Assembly (NCBI GenBank): GCA_029220445.1
Contig: GCA_029220445.1_3666.1
Strand: one strand, 5' to 3'
From: a phage
DNA length: 64,000 nt
The notes under the pieces are model-generated. The model saw only the letters and a list, made by a program, of their open reading frames with translations. It searched no databases and was not told the origin of the DNA. Position numbers and translations under genes: made by a program. Positions 37,055-45,650 of the stretch are shown piece by piece (position 1 is the stretch's first letter; each line of letters starts with the position of its first letter).

Positions 37055-37082
37055 CCACCTATCACGTGATAATGGAGGAAAC

Positions 37083-37421
37083 ATGGCGGATACAACTAAA
37101 AAGCGTCGCCGTAGAGGCAGACCTCTGAAAGAGGAGTCCAACGCCATTCAGCTAGAGAAGAACATCCTTGATATGAAGGAATCTTTTATAGCGATGGTTC
37201 CAGAAGCTCACAAAGTTTTAAGAGAGCTGATGTTGGACCCGAAAACCAAACAAAATATTCGTCAAAGCATTGCAGAGTATGTTCTTGATAAGGCAGACCG
37301 AATGCAGGAAGAATATGATGAGATGTTTGGTGAAGAGGAAGAGGTGGTAGTGGAAGAGGCTGAAAAACCAGCACCTTTTATGCCATTTACTACAGAAATA
37401 CAGCCTGTTAGCAATAGCTAA
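37083..37421 (+). CDS. hypothetical protein with AT-hook-like basic N-terminus
   Basis: MADTTKKRRRRGRPLKEE contains an RGRP AT-hook core; acidic C-terminal half. Confidence 0.5.
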   Translation: MADTTKKRRRRGRPLKEESNAIQLEKNILDMKESFIAMVPEAHKVLRELMLDPKTKQNIRQSIAEYVLDKADRMQEEYDEMFGEEEEVVVEEAEKPAPFMPFTTEIQPVSNS

Positions 37422-37430
37422 AATATTTTC

Positions 37431-37459
37431 TTGACAAACTTTGCTTAACAGTGTAATAT
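37431..37459 (+). promoter_or_regulatory. sigma70-type promoter TTGACA-N17-TAATAT for the tRNA cluster
   Basis: consensus -35 at 37431-37436, -10 at 37454-37459, about 60 bp upstream of the first tRNA. Confidence 0.55.
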
Positions 37460-37517
37460 TGTAAACATGGTCTCCCACCTTTTCTGGCGGCTAAGGTGTA
37501 AAAGAAAGCCACCCAGT

Positions 37518-37592
37518 GCCCTGTTAGCTTAGTGGATAAAGCAGCGGCCTTCTAAGCCGTTGACACTGGTTCGAGTCCAGTACGGGGTGCCA
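37518..37592 (+). tRNA. tRNA-Arg (anticodon TCT)
   Basis: manual fold: 7-bp acceptor, D arm GCTT/AAGC, anticodon loop CTTCTAA with U33, T loop TTCGAGT, encoded CCA. Confidence 0.8.
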
Positions 37593-37596
37593 AATT

Positions 37597-37683
37597 GGGG
37601 AGTTATCCCGTAGAGGTAGCGGTGTAGACTGTAAATCTATTGTCATTGCGACTCGGGTGGTTCGACTCCACCACTCCCCACCA
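37597..37683 (+). tRNA. tRNA-Tyr (anticodon GTA), class II with long variable arm
   Basis: perfect 7-bp acceptor GGGGAGT/ACTCCCC, anticodon loop CTGTAAA, T loop TTCGACT, encoded CCA. Confidence 0.8.
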
Positions 37684-37797
37684 AATTTATATTTTTAGAT
37701 GCATAAATAATACAGATAATGGCATTGATATTTATCGTCGTTTATACTAGTCACTAACTGCTCGAAAATCAGTGTCATTATCAGTATAATTTATAAA

Positions 37798-37888
37798 GGA
37801 GGGTAGGGAGCAATGGTGCTCAAGCGGTCTTGAAAACCGTCCCGTTGAGGATGACTCGATGATGGTTCGATTCCATTACTCTCCGCCA
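37798..37888 (+). tRNA. tRNA-Ser (anticodon TGA), class II with long variable arm
   Basis: acceptor GGAGGGT/ACTCTCC, anticodon loop CTTGAAA, 20-nt variable arm, T loop TTCGATT, encoded CCA. Confidence 0.75.
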
Positions 37889-37986
37889 CATTGTTGACCT
37901 TGTAATTAAGCGAAAGCCGGAAGCAGAACCGGATTATCAAATGTTACAGTCGTCATCGCCGACTAGCAACATGGTCAACATACTGA

Positions 37987-38083
37987 GCTAGGTAAGCCCT
38001 TTGGCAAGGGCGAGGATTTTTAATCCTGAAAATAGACGAGGTAGTCGTTGAATACATAGGTGGTTCGATTCCATCACCTAGCA
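37987..38083 (+). tRNA. tRNA-like element with aberrant anticodon arm (possible Lys-UUU variant or pseudo-tRNA)
   Basis: perfect 7-bp acceptor GCTAGGT/ACCTAGC, canonical D arm and T arm, but the anticodon-arm position is a 5-bp stem with a 5-nt loop TTTTA (or 4-bp stem with loop TTTTTAA) and about 30 extra nt precede the T arm; no encoded CCA. Confidence 0.35.
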
Positions 38084-38090
38084 CCTTTTT

Positions 38091-38166
38091 GCTGATGTAG
38101 CACAATCGGTAGTGCAATTGATTTGTAATCAATAGGTTGTAGGTTCAAGTCCTGCCATCAGCACCA
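38091..38166 (+). tRNA. tRNA-Thr (anticodon TGT)
   Basis: perfect acceptor GCTGATG/CATCAGC, anticodon loop TTTGTAA, T loop TTCAAGT, encoded CCA. Confidence 0.8.
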
Positions 38167-38167
38167 A

Positions 38168-38242
38168 GGCCCTGTAGCTGGAAGGTTCAAGCAAGCGACT
38201 CATAATCGCCAGACGGTGGTTCAATTCCACCCAGGGCCACCA
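38168..38242 (+). tRNA. tRNA with CAT anticodon (Met or lysidine-modified Ile)
   Basis: perfect acceptor GGCCCTG/CAGGGCC, anticodon loop CTCATAA, T loop TTCAATT, encoded CCA. Confidence 0.8.
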
Positions 38243-38253
38243 AATAGTAAATA

Positions 38254-38330
38254 CTCCGCGTAGCTCAGCTTGGTAGAGCGCCTGATTTGGGATCAGGAGG
38301 TCGAGTGTTCGAATCACTCCGTGGAGACCA
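38254..38330 (+). tRNA. tRNA-Pro (anticodon TGG)
   Basis: acceptor CTCCGCG/CGTGGAG, anticodon loop TTTGGGA with G37, T loop TTCGAAT, encoded CCA. Confidence 0.8.
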
Positions 38331-38376
38331 CTTTCAGTTATACTTTAAACATATACAAACAAAAGGAACCTTTAAA

Positions 38377-38646
38377 ATGTATACACTTAAAATTGTAGAG
38401 CGTGTAAATCCAACTCATACCGTAGATTTTCGTGACGATTTCAATCCTCTGGCTGTAAATCTTCGAGAGTCATATCATGAACTCAGCTGCGATGCAGTGG
38501 TGGTCTTTTTTGAAGACAACTCTGAAGGGGCGGTAGCTTGTGTTGTTGATAGTGAGCAGAAGTTTTATATTTACAGAGATGTAGATGCATACTTGATGAA
38601 TGAAAATGCAGTTACTGTTAGAATCATCCACCGAGTGCCTCGATAA
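38377..38646 (+). CDS. hypothetical protein
   Basis: ATG at 38377 (MYTLKIVERV...) after AAGGAA; the track's 38287 start lies inside tRNA-Pro. Confidence 0.45.
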   Translation: MYTLKIVERVNPTHTVDFRDDFNPLAVNLRESYHELSCDAVVVFFEDNSEGAVACVVDSEQKFYIYRDVDAYLMNENAVTVRIIHRVPR

Positions 38647-38702
38647 GTATTAGTCTCCTTTTAGTTAGTTTCGATCTATTTAGGTTACTCAATTTTAACC
38701 CG

Positions 38703-38733
38703 CCCCGTTAGCTGTATAGCTGCGGGGTTTTTT
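38703..38733 (+). terminator. rho-independent terminator
   Basis: GC-rich stem (CCCCG...CGGGG with inner AGCT pairing) followed by TTTTTT. Confidence 0.6.
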
Positions 38734-38751
38734 CGTTTCTGGAGCCTTAAA

Positions 38752-39150
38752 ATGATTTCAGTTTTAACATGGCTGAGTAGGTATAGAGGGATCATAAAAG
38801 GTTTAGTTTTTGCAGCTGCGATAGGTACAGCTTATCTTGGAGCCGTGTATTGGTTTAACTCTAAGCTTAATGATGCCTACCAAGAAGGTGTGTCAGCAAC
38901 AGAGTTAAAGTGGGAACGGATCCTTGATCAGCAACAAAAGCAGGCCGACAAAATTAAAATGGGCCACGCAGAGGAGGTTAAAAACCTTGAAAAATCCCTT
39001 TCTGACCTGCAGGATAAATTAAATATGGCTGAGAAGGCAGGTAAAGAAAAGCAGATTATTTACCTCCAATCACCTGAGGGTAAGAAGTCAACACTCCCTG
39101 ATCAGCTTATAGATATTTATAATGAGAGTATTAATCAGGAGGGTCGATGA
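38752..39150 (+). CDS. i-spanin (Rz-like inner-membrane spanin)
   Basis: N-terminal transmembrane helix followed by a charged coiled-coil-like region; stop overlaps the next start (ATGA). Confidence 0.6.
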   Translation: MISVLTWLSRYRGIIKGLVFAAAIGTAYLGAVYWFNSKLNDAYQEGVSATELKWERILDQQQKQADKIKMGHAEEVKNLEKSLSDLQDKLNMAEKAGKEKQIIYLQSPEGKKSTLPDQLIDIYNESINQEGR

Positions 39151-39434
39151 GAGTTGCTGCACTGTTTATTGTGTGCTTGTTATTGTGTGGGTGTGCAACC
39201 AGCGTTGAGAGAGAATACAAGATTGACCCTCCAGATGTAGGAAGGTTGATTGTTAAACCCCCGGAAGGTGCCATGAAACCACCTGCTAAAGCTATACCTT
39301 TAAAGAAAGGTGCGCCAGATGCGGTGAATTCTGGCATTATGAGGGATAATAATCTGTCTTGTAGCAATGATAGAGCTAAATTGATCATTTTGCAAGACTA
39401 TATTAGAACACTGTTTCCAAAGGAGAGAGGTTAA
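39147..39434 (+). CDS. o-spanin (Rz1-like outer-membrane lipoprotein)
   Basis: signal peptide with lipobox-like LLLCGC, proline-rich mature region, second conserved Cys near the C-terminus. Confidence 0.6.
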   Translation: MRVAALFIVCLLLCGCATSVEREYKIDPPDVGRLIVKPPEGAMKPPAKAIPLKKGAPDAVNSGIMRDNNLSCSNDRAKLIILQDYIRTLFPKERG

Positions 39435-40981
39435 TGTCTAAGATTTACGGACCGTGTTCTGAAAAGCAGAAGATGATCCTAGAAAACGATGCAGATATTT
39501 TGGTAATCGGCGGTGCCGCAGGGTCTGGCAAGTCGTTCCTCTTGCAGTTGATGCCGCTTAAAATTATTGATGACCCCCACAGCTCTGTGGTTATGTTCCG
39601 AAGAACAACCCCGCAGTTGGAAGGTGAGGGTGGACTATGGCCTAAAGCAGTAGCTATTTATAGTGATCTGCCTGAAAACATTAAGCCAAAGTTTAGAGAG
39701 AAGGATCATAAGTTCATTTTTCCACGGTTTGATCCGAGCACTGGCAAGTGGGATAGAAGCAAAAAGGGAGCTGTTGTAAAATACTGCCACATGGAGTATG
39801 TACAAGATAAGCTTAACCATCAGGGGCTTGAGTACACCATGGTTTGCTTCGATGAGGGCACGCAGTTCGAATGGGAGCAGATAGACTATCTGATGTCTCG
39901 TCTGCGATCTCAGTCAAAGTATCCATCAAGAATGGTTATCAGCTGTAACCCCGATTCAGAACACATGCTTGCCAAACTGGTTAGATGGTGGTTGGACGAT
40001 GAAGGGTATCCAGATCCGGAGAAATGCGGTAAGAAAAGATATTTTATCCGACGCGACGGTGAATTTATATGGGGAGACTCTAAAGAAGAGTTGATAGAGA
40101 AATACACCACGGTTAACGGACTGGGTGTGGAGATCAAGCCAAGACCGTTGTCATTCTCGTTTATAGGCGCAACAATATTCGATAATCCTGTCTGCTTAAG
40201 AGACAACCCAGAATACCTTGCTTTCCTTGAAGGTCTGCCGGAACTGGAAAAAGCTCAACTTCTTCATGGTAACTGGTTTGCAAAGCCTGAGGGTGCAAAC
40301 TATTTTCAAAGATCTTTCCTTCGTGATGCCGATAGAGTACCCCTTGGATCAGTATCTTGCAGGGCATGGGATAAGGCAGGAACCGAGAGAACTTCCGGTA
40401 ATAAATTTCCTGACTTTACCGCCAGTATTAAGGTAAGTAAAGATAGCGACGGCTTTTATTACCTGTCCGGTGATTATTGTCCTGAGAACGTGGATGACGG
40501 GAGGTATTCCACAGGTCTGGAAGGCAAGTTCTGTAAAAAGGCTGGTGAACGAGATGTGATCATCAGGAAACAGGCGCAGTTTGATGGTGATGATTGCATA
40601 ATCGTATTCTCTGTGGACCCTGGTCAGGCAGGTAAGAGTGAGTTCTTAACCTCATCCAGATCCTTGCTCGCCGAAGGGTTCAGGGTTGAAGAAGACCCAA
40701 TGCCTTCCAACAAATCTAAACTGACAAGGTTCTCACCTTTTGCCAATCTTGCACAACAAGGAATGGTGAGGATTGTAAAATCCAGTTTCCATCCTGATAC
40801 TCTGGAAGCATTTCTGACTGAACTTGAAAAATTCAACGGGGAAAGATCAACATTTAACAGAAAAGACGACTGGGCAGACTGTGTAGCTTCTGCGATTAAT
40901 TTCCTGGAGAAAGAGGAGGTAGCACTTCCTTGTGTGATTCCATCAATCTCATCACCTTCTATGTTCAAGCGTTTTATCTAA
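39434..40981 (+). CDS. terminase large subunit
   Basis: Walker A VIGGAAGSGKS near the N-terminus, 515 aa, immediately upstream of the portal gene. Confidence 0.85.
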   Translation: MSKIYGPCSEKQKMILENDADILVIGGAAGSGKSFLLQLMPLKIIDDPHSSVVMFRRTTPQLEGEGGLWPKAVAIYSDLPENIKPKFREKDHKFIFPRFDPSTGKWDRSKKGAVVKYCHMEYVQDKLNHQGLEYTMVCFDEGTQFEWEQIDYLMSRLRSQSKYPSRMVISCNPDSEHMLAKLVRWWLDDEGYPDPEKCGKKRYFIRRDGEFIWGDSKEELIEKYTTVNGLGVEIKPRPLSFSFIGATIFDNPVCLRDNPEYLAFLEGLPELEKAQLLHGNWFAKPEGANYFQRSFLRDADRVPLGSVSCRAWDKAGTERTSGNKFPDFTASIKVSKDSDGFYYLSGDYCPENVDDGRYSTGLEGKFCKKAGERDVIIRKQAQFDGDDCIIVFSVDPGQAGKSEFLTSSRSLLAEGFRVEEDPMPSNKSKLTRFSPFANLAQQGMVRIVKSSFHPDTLEAFLTELEKFNGERSTFNRKDDWADCVASAINFLEKEEVALPCVIPSISSPSMFKRFI

Positions 40982-40984
40982 GTG

Positions 40985-41013
40985 TTGCCAATCTTAATTA
41001 GATGTGGTAGAAT
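40985..41013 (+). promoter_or_regulatory. candidate sigma70-type promoter TTGCCA-N17-TAGAAT
   Basis: hexamers at 40985-40990 and 41008-41013 between terminase and portal. Confidence 0.4.
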
Positions 41014-41030
41014 AGAGTAATCGGAGATAC

Positions 41031-41056
41031 TAGCCCTCTAACACGAGGGCTATTTT
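41031..41056 (+). terminator. hairpin with T tract (terminator or leader attenuator)
   Basis: 8-bp stem TAGCCCTC/GAGGGCTA with 6-nt loop followed by TTTTGTT, downstream of the terminase stop and of the candidate promoter. Confidence 0.4.
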
Positions 41057-41083
41057 GTTATACTGTTTTGAGGGGTAAAGCTT

Positions 41084-42640
41084 GTGTCCAAAAAGAACCG
41101 CAGGAAACACAACGCCACAGCCAAAACTGTGAATAAATCTGGGAACGCAGGCGCACCAACTCATAATGTTCGTATGAGTGAGATCGGTTCTGGCGCACTT
41201 TCCCAAATTATGGCAGAATCGCAATCTATGATGGTTGAGGAATTGCGTTGGCCTCAGCTGATTGCCACAGTGGAGACTATGAAATGTGATTCCACAGTTG
41301 CTACTGCCTTAGATACAAAATATGTTTTCATCACGAAAGCATTCAATGATTTTAAGATCCTTTATAATGTTAAAAGTGAAGACTCTAAGAAAGCTGCTGA
41401 GCTTATAGAGTATTCTTTGCGTAATTTGGCAAACCAACAAACTCTTCGAGATATTGCAAGAAGCGCAGCTACCTTTAACGAGTATGGTTTTTCACTGTTT
41501 GAGAAAGTATACCGCAGAGAGAAAGAAGGTAAATATGCCGGGATGCTTCTTATTGATAAAATTGCATTCCGACCTCAGGCCAGTTTGTCCAGATCAGAGC
41601 CGTTTGTCTTTGACAAGAATAGTAGAACACTGACAGGTATTTATCAGTCACCTAATGCATTTCTAAACACTCAGAATGCACGCTGGGCTGGACCTCTTGC
41701 TGCAATGCCTTCAAAAGGCTTTAATGAGCCTGAAATTTTCATCCCTGCTAAAAAGCTTATGCTCATGACCCTGTCAGGAACAGAATCTAACCCTGCAGGT
41801 GTGTCACCGATGATAGGTTGCTACAGATCTTTCCGTGAGAAAGTTCTGATTGAAAACCTTGAGGTTGTTGGCTGTTCCAAAGACCTTGGTGGTGTGCTTG
41901 AGCTGAAAATTCCTTCCAATATTTTGAACAAGGCCAGCATTGACCCGAATTCAATGGAAGGGAGAATGGTTGCAGACCTTATGCTTGACGCAGCAAACGC
42001 CCATAGTGGTGAGCAAAGTTTCTTTATACTTCCGTCTGATAGAGATAAGTCTGGTAAAGAGCTTTACTCCATGACCCTGAAGGGGGTTGACGGTATGGGT
42101 AAGCAATATTCCACTAAAGATTTGATCGATGCCCGTAAGAAGGCGATTCTTGACCGTTTCGGTGCTGGCTTTATTAACCTCGGTAACGATAACGTTGGAT
42201 CCTTCTCTCTGTCTGAGTCAAAACAGTCTATCCATGGTCATTTTGTTCAGCGTGATATAGATATTATCACTGAAGCCTTCAATAAGGATCTTATTCCACA
42301 GCTTCTGGCATTGAATGGTATCATCCTTGAAGATGATGATATGCCTAAACTGAAACCTGGTCTGATTGAAGAGGTGGACATGGAGAGCTTCTCCAAGTTT
42401 GTCCAGAGGATCGGTGCTGTAGGTTACTTGCCAAAAACTCCTGCAGTAATTAATAAGATTCTTGAAGTAGGCGGGTTTGATGAAAGATTTGACGAGGACA
42501 TGGATCAGGAAGAGCTGATGAAGCTCTTGGGCCAGGACATCAGTAGGGCTGGTGATGGAATGGCTGCAGGATCCACTGGTAACGGCACTTCTAAGATGTC
42601 ATCAACCAGAGATAATTCCATATCCAACATGGAAAATTAA
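41084..42640 (+). CDS. portal protein
   Basis: 518-aa protein directly after the large terminase; GTG start with GAGGGG SD; acidic C-terminus. Confidence 0.7.
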   Translation: MSKKNRRKHNATAKTVNKSGNAGAPTHNVRMSEIGSGALSQIMAESQSMMVEELRWPQLIATVETMKCDSTVATALDTKYVFITKAFNDFKILYNVKSEDSKKAAELIEYSLRNLANQQTLRDIARSAATFNEYGFSLFEKVYRREKEGKYAGMLLIDKIAFRPQASLSRSEPFVFDKNSRTLTGIYQSPNAFLNTQNARWAGPLAAMPSKGFNEPEIFIPAKKLMLMTLSGTESNPAGVSPMIGCYRSFREKVLIENLEVVGCSKDLGGVLELKIPSNILNKASIDPNSMEGRMVADLMLDAANAHSGEQSFFILPSDRDKSGKELYSMTLKGVDGMGKQYSTKDLIDARKKAILDRFGAGFINLGNDNVGSFSLSESKQSIHGHFVQRDIDIITEAFNKDLIPQLLALNGIILEDDDMPKLKPGLIEEVDMESFSKFVQRIGAVGYLPKTPAVINKILEVGGFDERFDEDMDQEELMKLLGQDISRAGDGMAAGSTGNGTSKMSSTRDNSISNMEN

Positions 42641-42695
42641 AAATTATCAACACAGGGGGTTGCAAAACCTCCTTTGGCGTGATAAAATAATCCAC

Positions 42696-43127
42696 ATGGG
42701 GAATAATATGCCACAGGAAGAAATGATTTCCTACGAAATCATCTACGAGCCTGACACTAAAGATGCTCACGGTGAGTGGATGAGTAAAGACACCATCAAA
42801 AAGGCTAAAGATAACTGGGACGCAGCATACGCCGCAGGCCTAGTTTCTGAGAACCTTTTCCACTTGACCTCTACAGATGCTTTCACCATTGAAAAAACGT
42901 GGATTCAAGAAGAGTTTGATGTTGTAGTAATTGGCACTGAGCAGGTCATCAAGGCTGGCTCTTGGGTTGCTAAAGTTAAATACCATAATCCTGAACTATG
43001 GGAAGCTAAGAAGGCTGGCATTGTTGGTGGCCTAAGCATTCAGGCAACAGGTAATGTTGATGAAGAAACTGGTGAAATTACCAACGTAAACTTCGGGATC
43101 AGTGTTGTAGAAGAGGGCAATGAATAA
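42696..43127 (+). CDS. hypothetical head-module protein
   Basis: ORF between portal and scaffold; start at ATG 42696 or 42708 with no clear SD. Confidence 0.4.
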   Translation: MGNNMPQEEMISYEIIYEPDTKDAHGEWMSKDTIKKAKDNWDAAYAAGLVSENLFHLTSTDAFTIEKTWIQEEFDVVVIGTEQVIKAGSWVAKVKYHNPELWEAKKAGIVGGLSIQATGNVDEETGEITNVNFGISVVEEGNE

Positions 43128-44104
43128 TGTCTGAAAAAACGATTACTATTAAAGAGAAGGGGATTGCCCTGTGCCACAAGGCGCAAGGCTATAGCGCTAA
43201 CAATAGACCTGTATCTCTTTTGATGAAGAGTGATCTTAAGCCTGAGCAGTTAACAGACGATATTGTTAAGGCACTTCGCCAAGTTACTGTGGAGCTTAGT
43301 TTTGAAGAATACCTGCGTCGTTTCTTCGATATGTGGTATGATGATGCTAAAGCACTTGCACACATGCTTGGTTTTGAGATTGAAGAGGAGGCTTGGGCTA
43401 AAGAGCATCCTGATTGGGAATGGGCGCAAGCTGACGCAGAGTCTTGTATTGCATGGCTGGAAGAGCGTTGTGATAACGTGACCATTCATAAGGCTGCAAA
43501 AGAAGGCAAGCAGCTTAGTGTGGTAGATCAGTACAGCCTGTTAAAAACACAACAGATTTTTGAACAAGTAACCGCTGATCTCTTCGATAAAGAAGGGAAC
43601 CTGATCAAGGCGGTACAGGAACCTGCTGAGGTGGATAAAACTACCGAGGTGGATGATGTTGCAAAATCCGCAAATACCGAGGAGAATCCGGTGGACGTAA
43701 CCAAAACTAAAGAGTATCTGGATCTGCTGAAGCAAGTAGAAGAGCTGAAAGCAACCCAGAGTAAAGCTGAAGAAATCATCAAGGCCCAGGTTGAAGTTGA
43801 AAAAGCTAAAATGCTGACTAAGGCTCAAGCTTTAAGCTTTGTTGGTGAAGAAGATCACGCAACCCTGGTTGACTTCATGCTGGAAAAAGCTAACGAACCT
43901 ATCGTAGCTATGCTGGAGAAAGCTCAAGCAAAAATTGAAGAGCTGGAAGCAGAGGTGCATAAAACTAAAGAAGAGTTTGCCACCACTGAACATGGTAATG
44001 ATGGCGAACCTGTTGTGGATGATATTGCAAAATCCGCAGAAGAAATTCTTGCTGAAAACGTTGCAAAAGCACTTGCTCGTGCACGTGCAGAATCTAACAA
44101 ATAA
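43127..44104 (+). CDS. putative scaffolding protein
   Basis: acidic, helix-rich 325-aa protein with internal repeats (DDVAKSA / DDIAKSA), located before the capsid gene. Confidence 0.5.
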   Translation: MSEKTITIKEKGIALCHKAQGYSANNRPVSLLMKSDLKPEQLTDDIVKALRQVTVELSFEEYLRRFFDMWYDDAKALAHMLGFEIEEEAWAKEHPDWEWAQADAESCIAWLEERCDNVTIHKAAKEGKQLSVVDQYSLLKTQQIFEQVTADLFDKEGNLIKAVQEPAEVDKTTEVDDVAKSANTEENPVDVTKTKEYLDLLKQVEELKATQSKAEEIIKAQVEVEKAKMLTKAQALSFVGEEDHATLVDFMLEKANEPIVAMLEKAQAKIEELEAEVHKTKEEFATTEHGNDGEPVVDDIAKSAEEILAENVAKALARARAESNK

Positions 44105-44124
44105 GACATTAACGGGGGAAATAA

Positions 44125-44514
44125 ATGATTACCGCTCAATATTCTGATATCGTGCTCGGCAAAGTTGATTCTAGCGATGCTGGCTACAATTTTAAAGAGA
44201 TGGAAATTACACTGACAGAGCACCATCATGCTGGTACTGTTGTAACAAAAACTGGCACTATCGCTAACGATGATGGCTCAGACGTTTATGGCGTTCTCGT
44301 AGACCGAGCTCTGGTAAAAGATGCAGGAAAAGTTCATCTCGCTGAGCCTCTGCAAACAGGTCAGAAATATAAACTGGTTGTTGCAGTTCATGGTGTTACC
44401 TTTGCAAAAGATAAGCTGCTGGGGTCTAACGGTGAAGCAGCTAAGCAGGCTGTTCTTGAAAAGCTGGAAGCTCTGGGTAACAAAGTTCACGTCCAGACTC
44501 TTGGTGAAGAGTAA
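44125..44514 (+). CDS. hypothetical head protein (possible decoration protein)
   Basis: 129-aa ORF between scaffold and major capsid genes. Confidence 0.45.
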   Translation: MITAQYSDIVLGKVDSSDAGYNFKEMEITLTEHHHAGTVVTKTGTIANDDGSDVYGVLVDRALVKDAGKVHLAEPLQTGQKYKLVVAVHGVTFAKDKLLGSNGEAAKQAVLEKLEALGNKVHVQTLGEE

Positions 44515-44562
44515 GTCCTAAATTGTTCGGGAAAATATTTAAGTTTTACTTTGGAGAAATAA

Positions 44563-45570
44563 ATGATTACTCGTAAAGATGAATTTGGCATTGTTGATTT
44601 AGGTGCTACTCTGGACCTTGTTCCGCGTCAATTCCGCCTGATTACTGGTATGGATCTGTTCGAAACTCGTCTCGGCACCTCAACAATTGCTCAGATCGAG
44701 CGTGTTGATGAAGTTGTAACAGACATTCCGGCACGCCGTCGTGGTGGTGAGCGTAACTACGTTGGTAATGAACGTGCTCAGGTTAAAAACCTGAACATCC
44801 CGTTCTTCCCTCTGGATAAAGGCATCACTGCTGCAGATGTTCAGAACTTCCGTCGTTACTTCACTCCTGATGCTCCGAAAACTGTTCAGGACGTAGTAAC
44901 CCGCGTTGTTCGCCGTATCCGTGTTTCCCATGAAGCACTGCGTGAGAAAGCGCTGTTCCAGGCTATTCTGGGTAAATCCTATGCACCTGGTGACGCTACC
45001 TGCCAGTATGACTACTACACTCTGTGGGGTGTGGATCAGAAGTCTGTTGAGATTGACCCTGCAAAAGCAGATCAGGACCCCATGGAGGTTCTGGAAGAAG
45101 CTCGTCTGCACATCGCACTGCAAGCTGGTGATAACGCAGCTGGCTATCGCATCGTAGCCCTGTGCTCACCGGAGTTCTTCAGTGCTGTTACCCATCACCC
45201 GCTGGTAGAACTGGCATACACCTATTACGGCTCTGCTCAGGAACCTCTGCGTCGCCGTCTGGGTGCGGGTGGTCAAGACAGCGTATACCGTGTGTTTGAG
45301 CATAAAGGTATCACCTTTATCGAAGATATCTCTGGCAATATTCCTAAGAAAGAGGCTCGCATCCTGCCGATGGGTATTGATCAGATGTTCCAGCTGCACT
45401 TTGCTCCGGCAGACGATGTTAACGAAGCAAACACTCCAGCACAGGAACTGTATATGTGGTATAAACACTCTGCATACCTGCGTGAAGAGAAGATTGAATC
45501 TGAAACTTCCATGCTGGCAGTTAACACCCGTCCAGAGCTGGTTGTTAAAGCAACTCTGAAAAGTGAATAA
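44563..45570 (+). CDS. major capsid protein
   Basis: 335-aa ORF with highly-expressed-gene codon usage, after scaffold and decoration genes, followed by a strong terminator. Confidence 0.65.
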   Translation: MITRKDEFGIVDLGATLDLVPRQFRLITGMDLFETRLGTSTIAQIERVDEVVTDIPARRRGGERNYVGNERAQVKNLNIPFFPLDKGITAADVQNFRRYFTPDAPKTVQDVVTRVVRRIRVSHEALREKALFQAILGKSYAPGDATCQYDYYTLWGVDQKSVEIDPAKADQDPMEVLEEARLHIALQAGDNAAGYRIVALCSPEFFSAVTHHPLVELAYTYYGSAQEPLRRRLGAGGQDSVYRVFEHKGITFIEDISGNIPKKEARILPMGIDQMFQLHFAPADDVNEANTPAQELYMWYKHSAYLREEKIESETSMLAVNTRPELVVKATLKSE

Positions 45571-45594
45571 TCACTAAGGTGATTCATCCCATAT

Positions 45595-45622
45595 GGGGAG
45601 GGGGTTCTCCCCTCCCCTTTTT
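45595..45622 (+). terminator. rho-independent terminator
   Basis: 9-bp G/C stem GGGGAGGGG/CCCCTCCCC with 5-nt loop followed by TTTTT. Confidence 0.65.
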
Positions 45623-45650
45623 ATTTATTAGGGTTTAACAGGAGTGTCCC

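Noticed and set aside
36717-37058. 113-aa minus-strand ORF spanning the GC-rich island
   Set aside because: Ser/Pro/Arg-rich low-complexity translation, antisense to the local promoters, and coincident with the structured island; most likely an artefact of high GC content.
37518-38330. tRNA cluster as a prophage integration site with nearby integrase
   Set aside because: No integrase, excisionase or att-like direct repeats in the window; the tRNAs form a promoter-driven phage-type cluster among lytic-phage genes.
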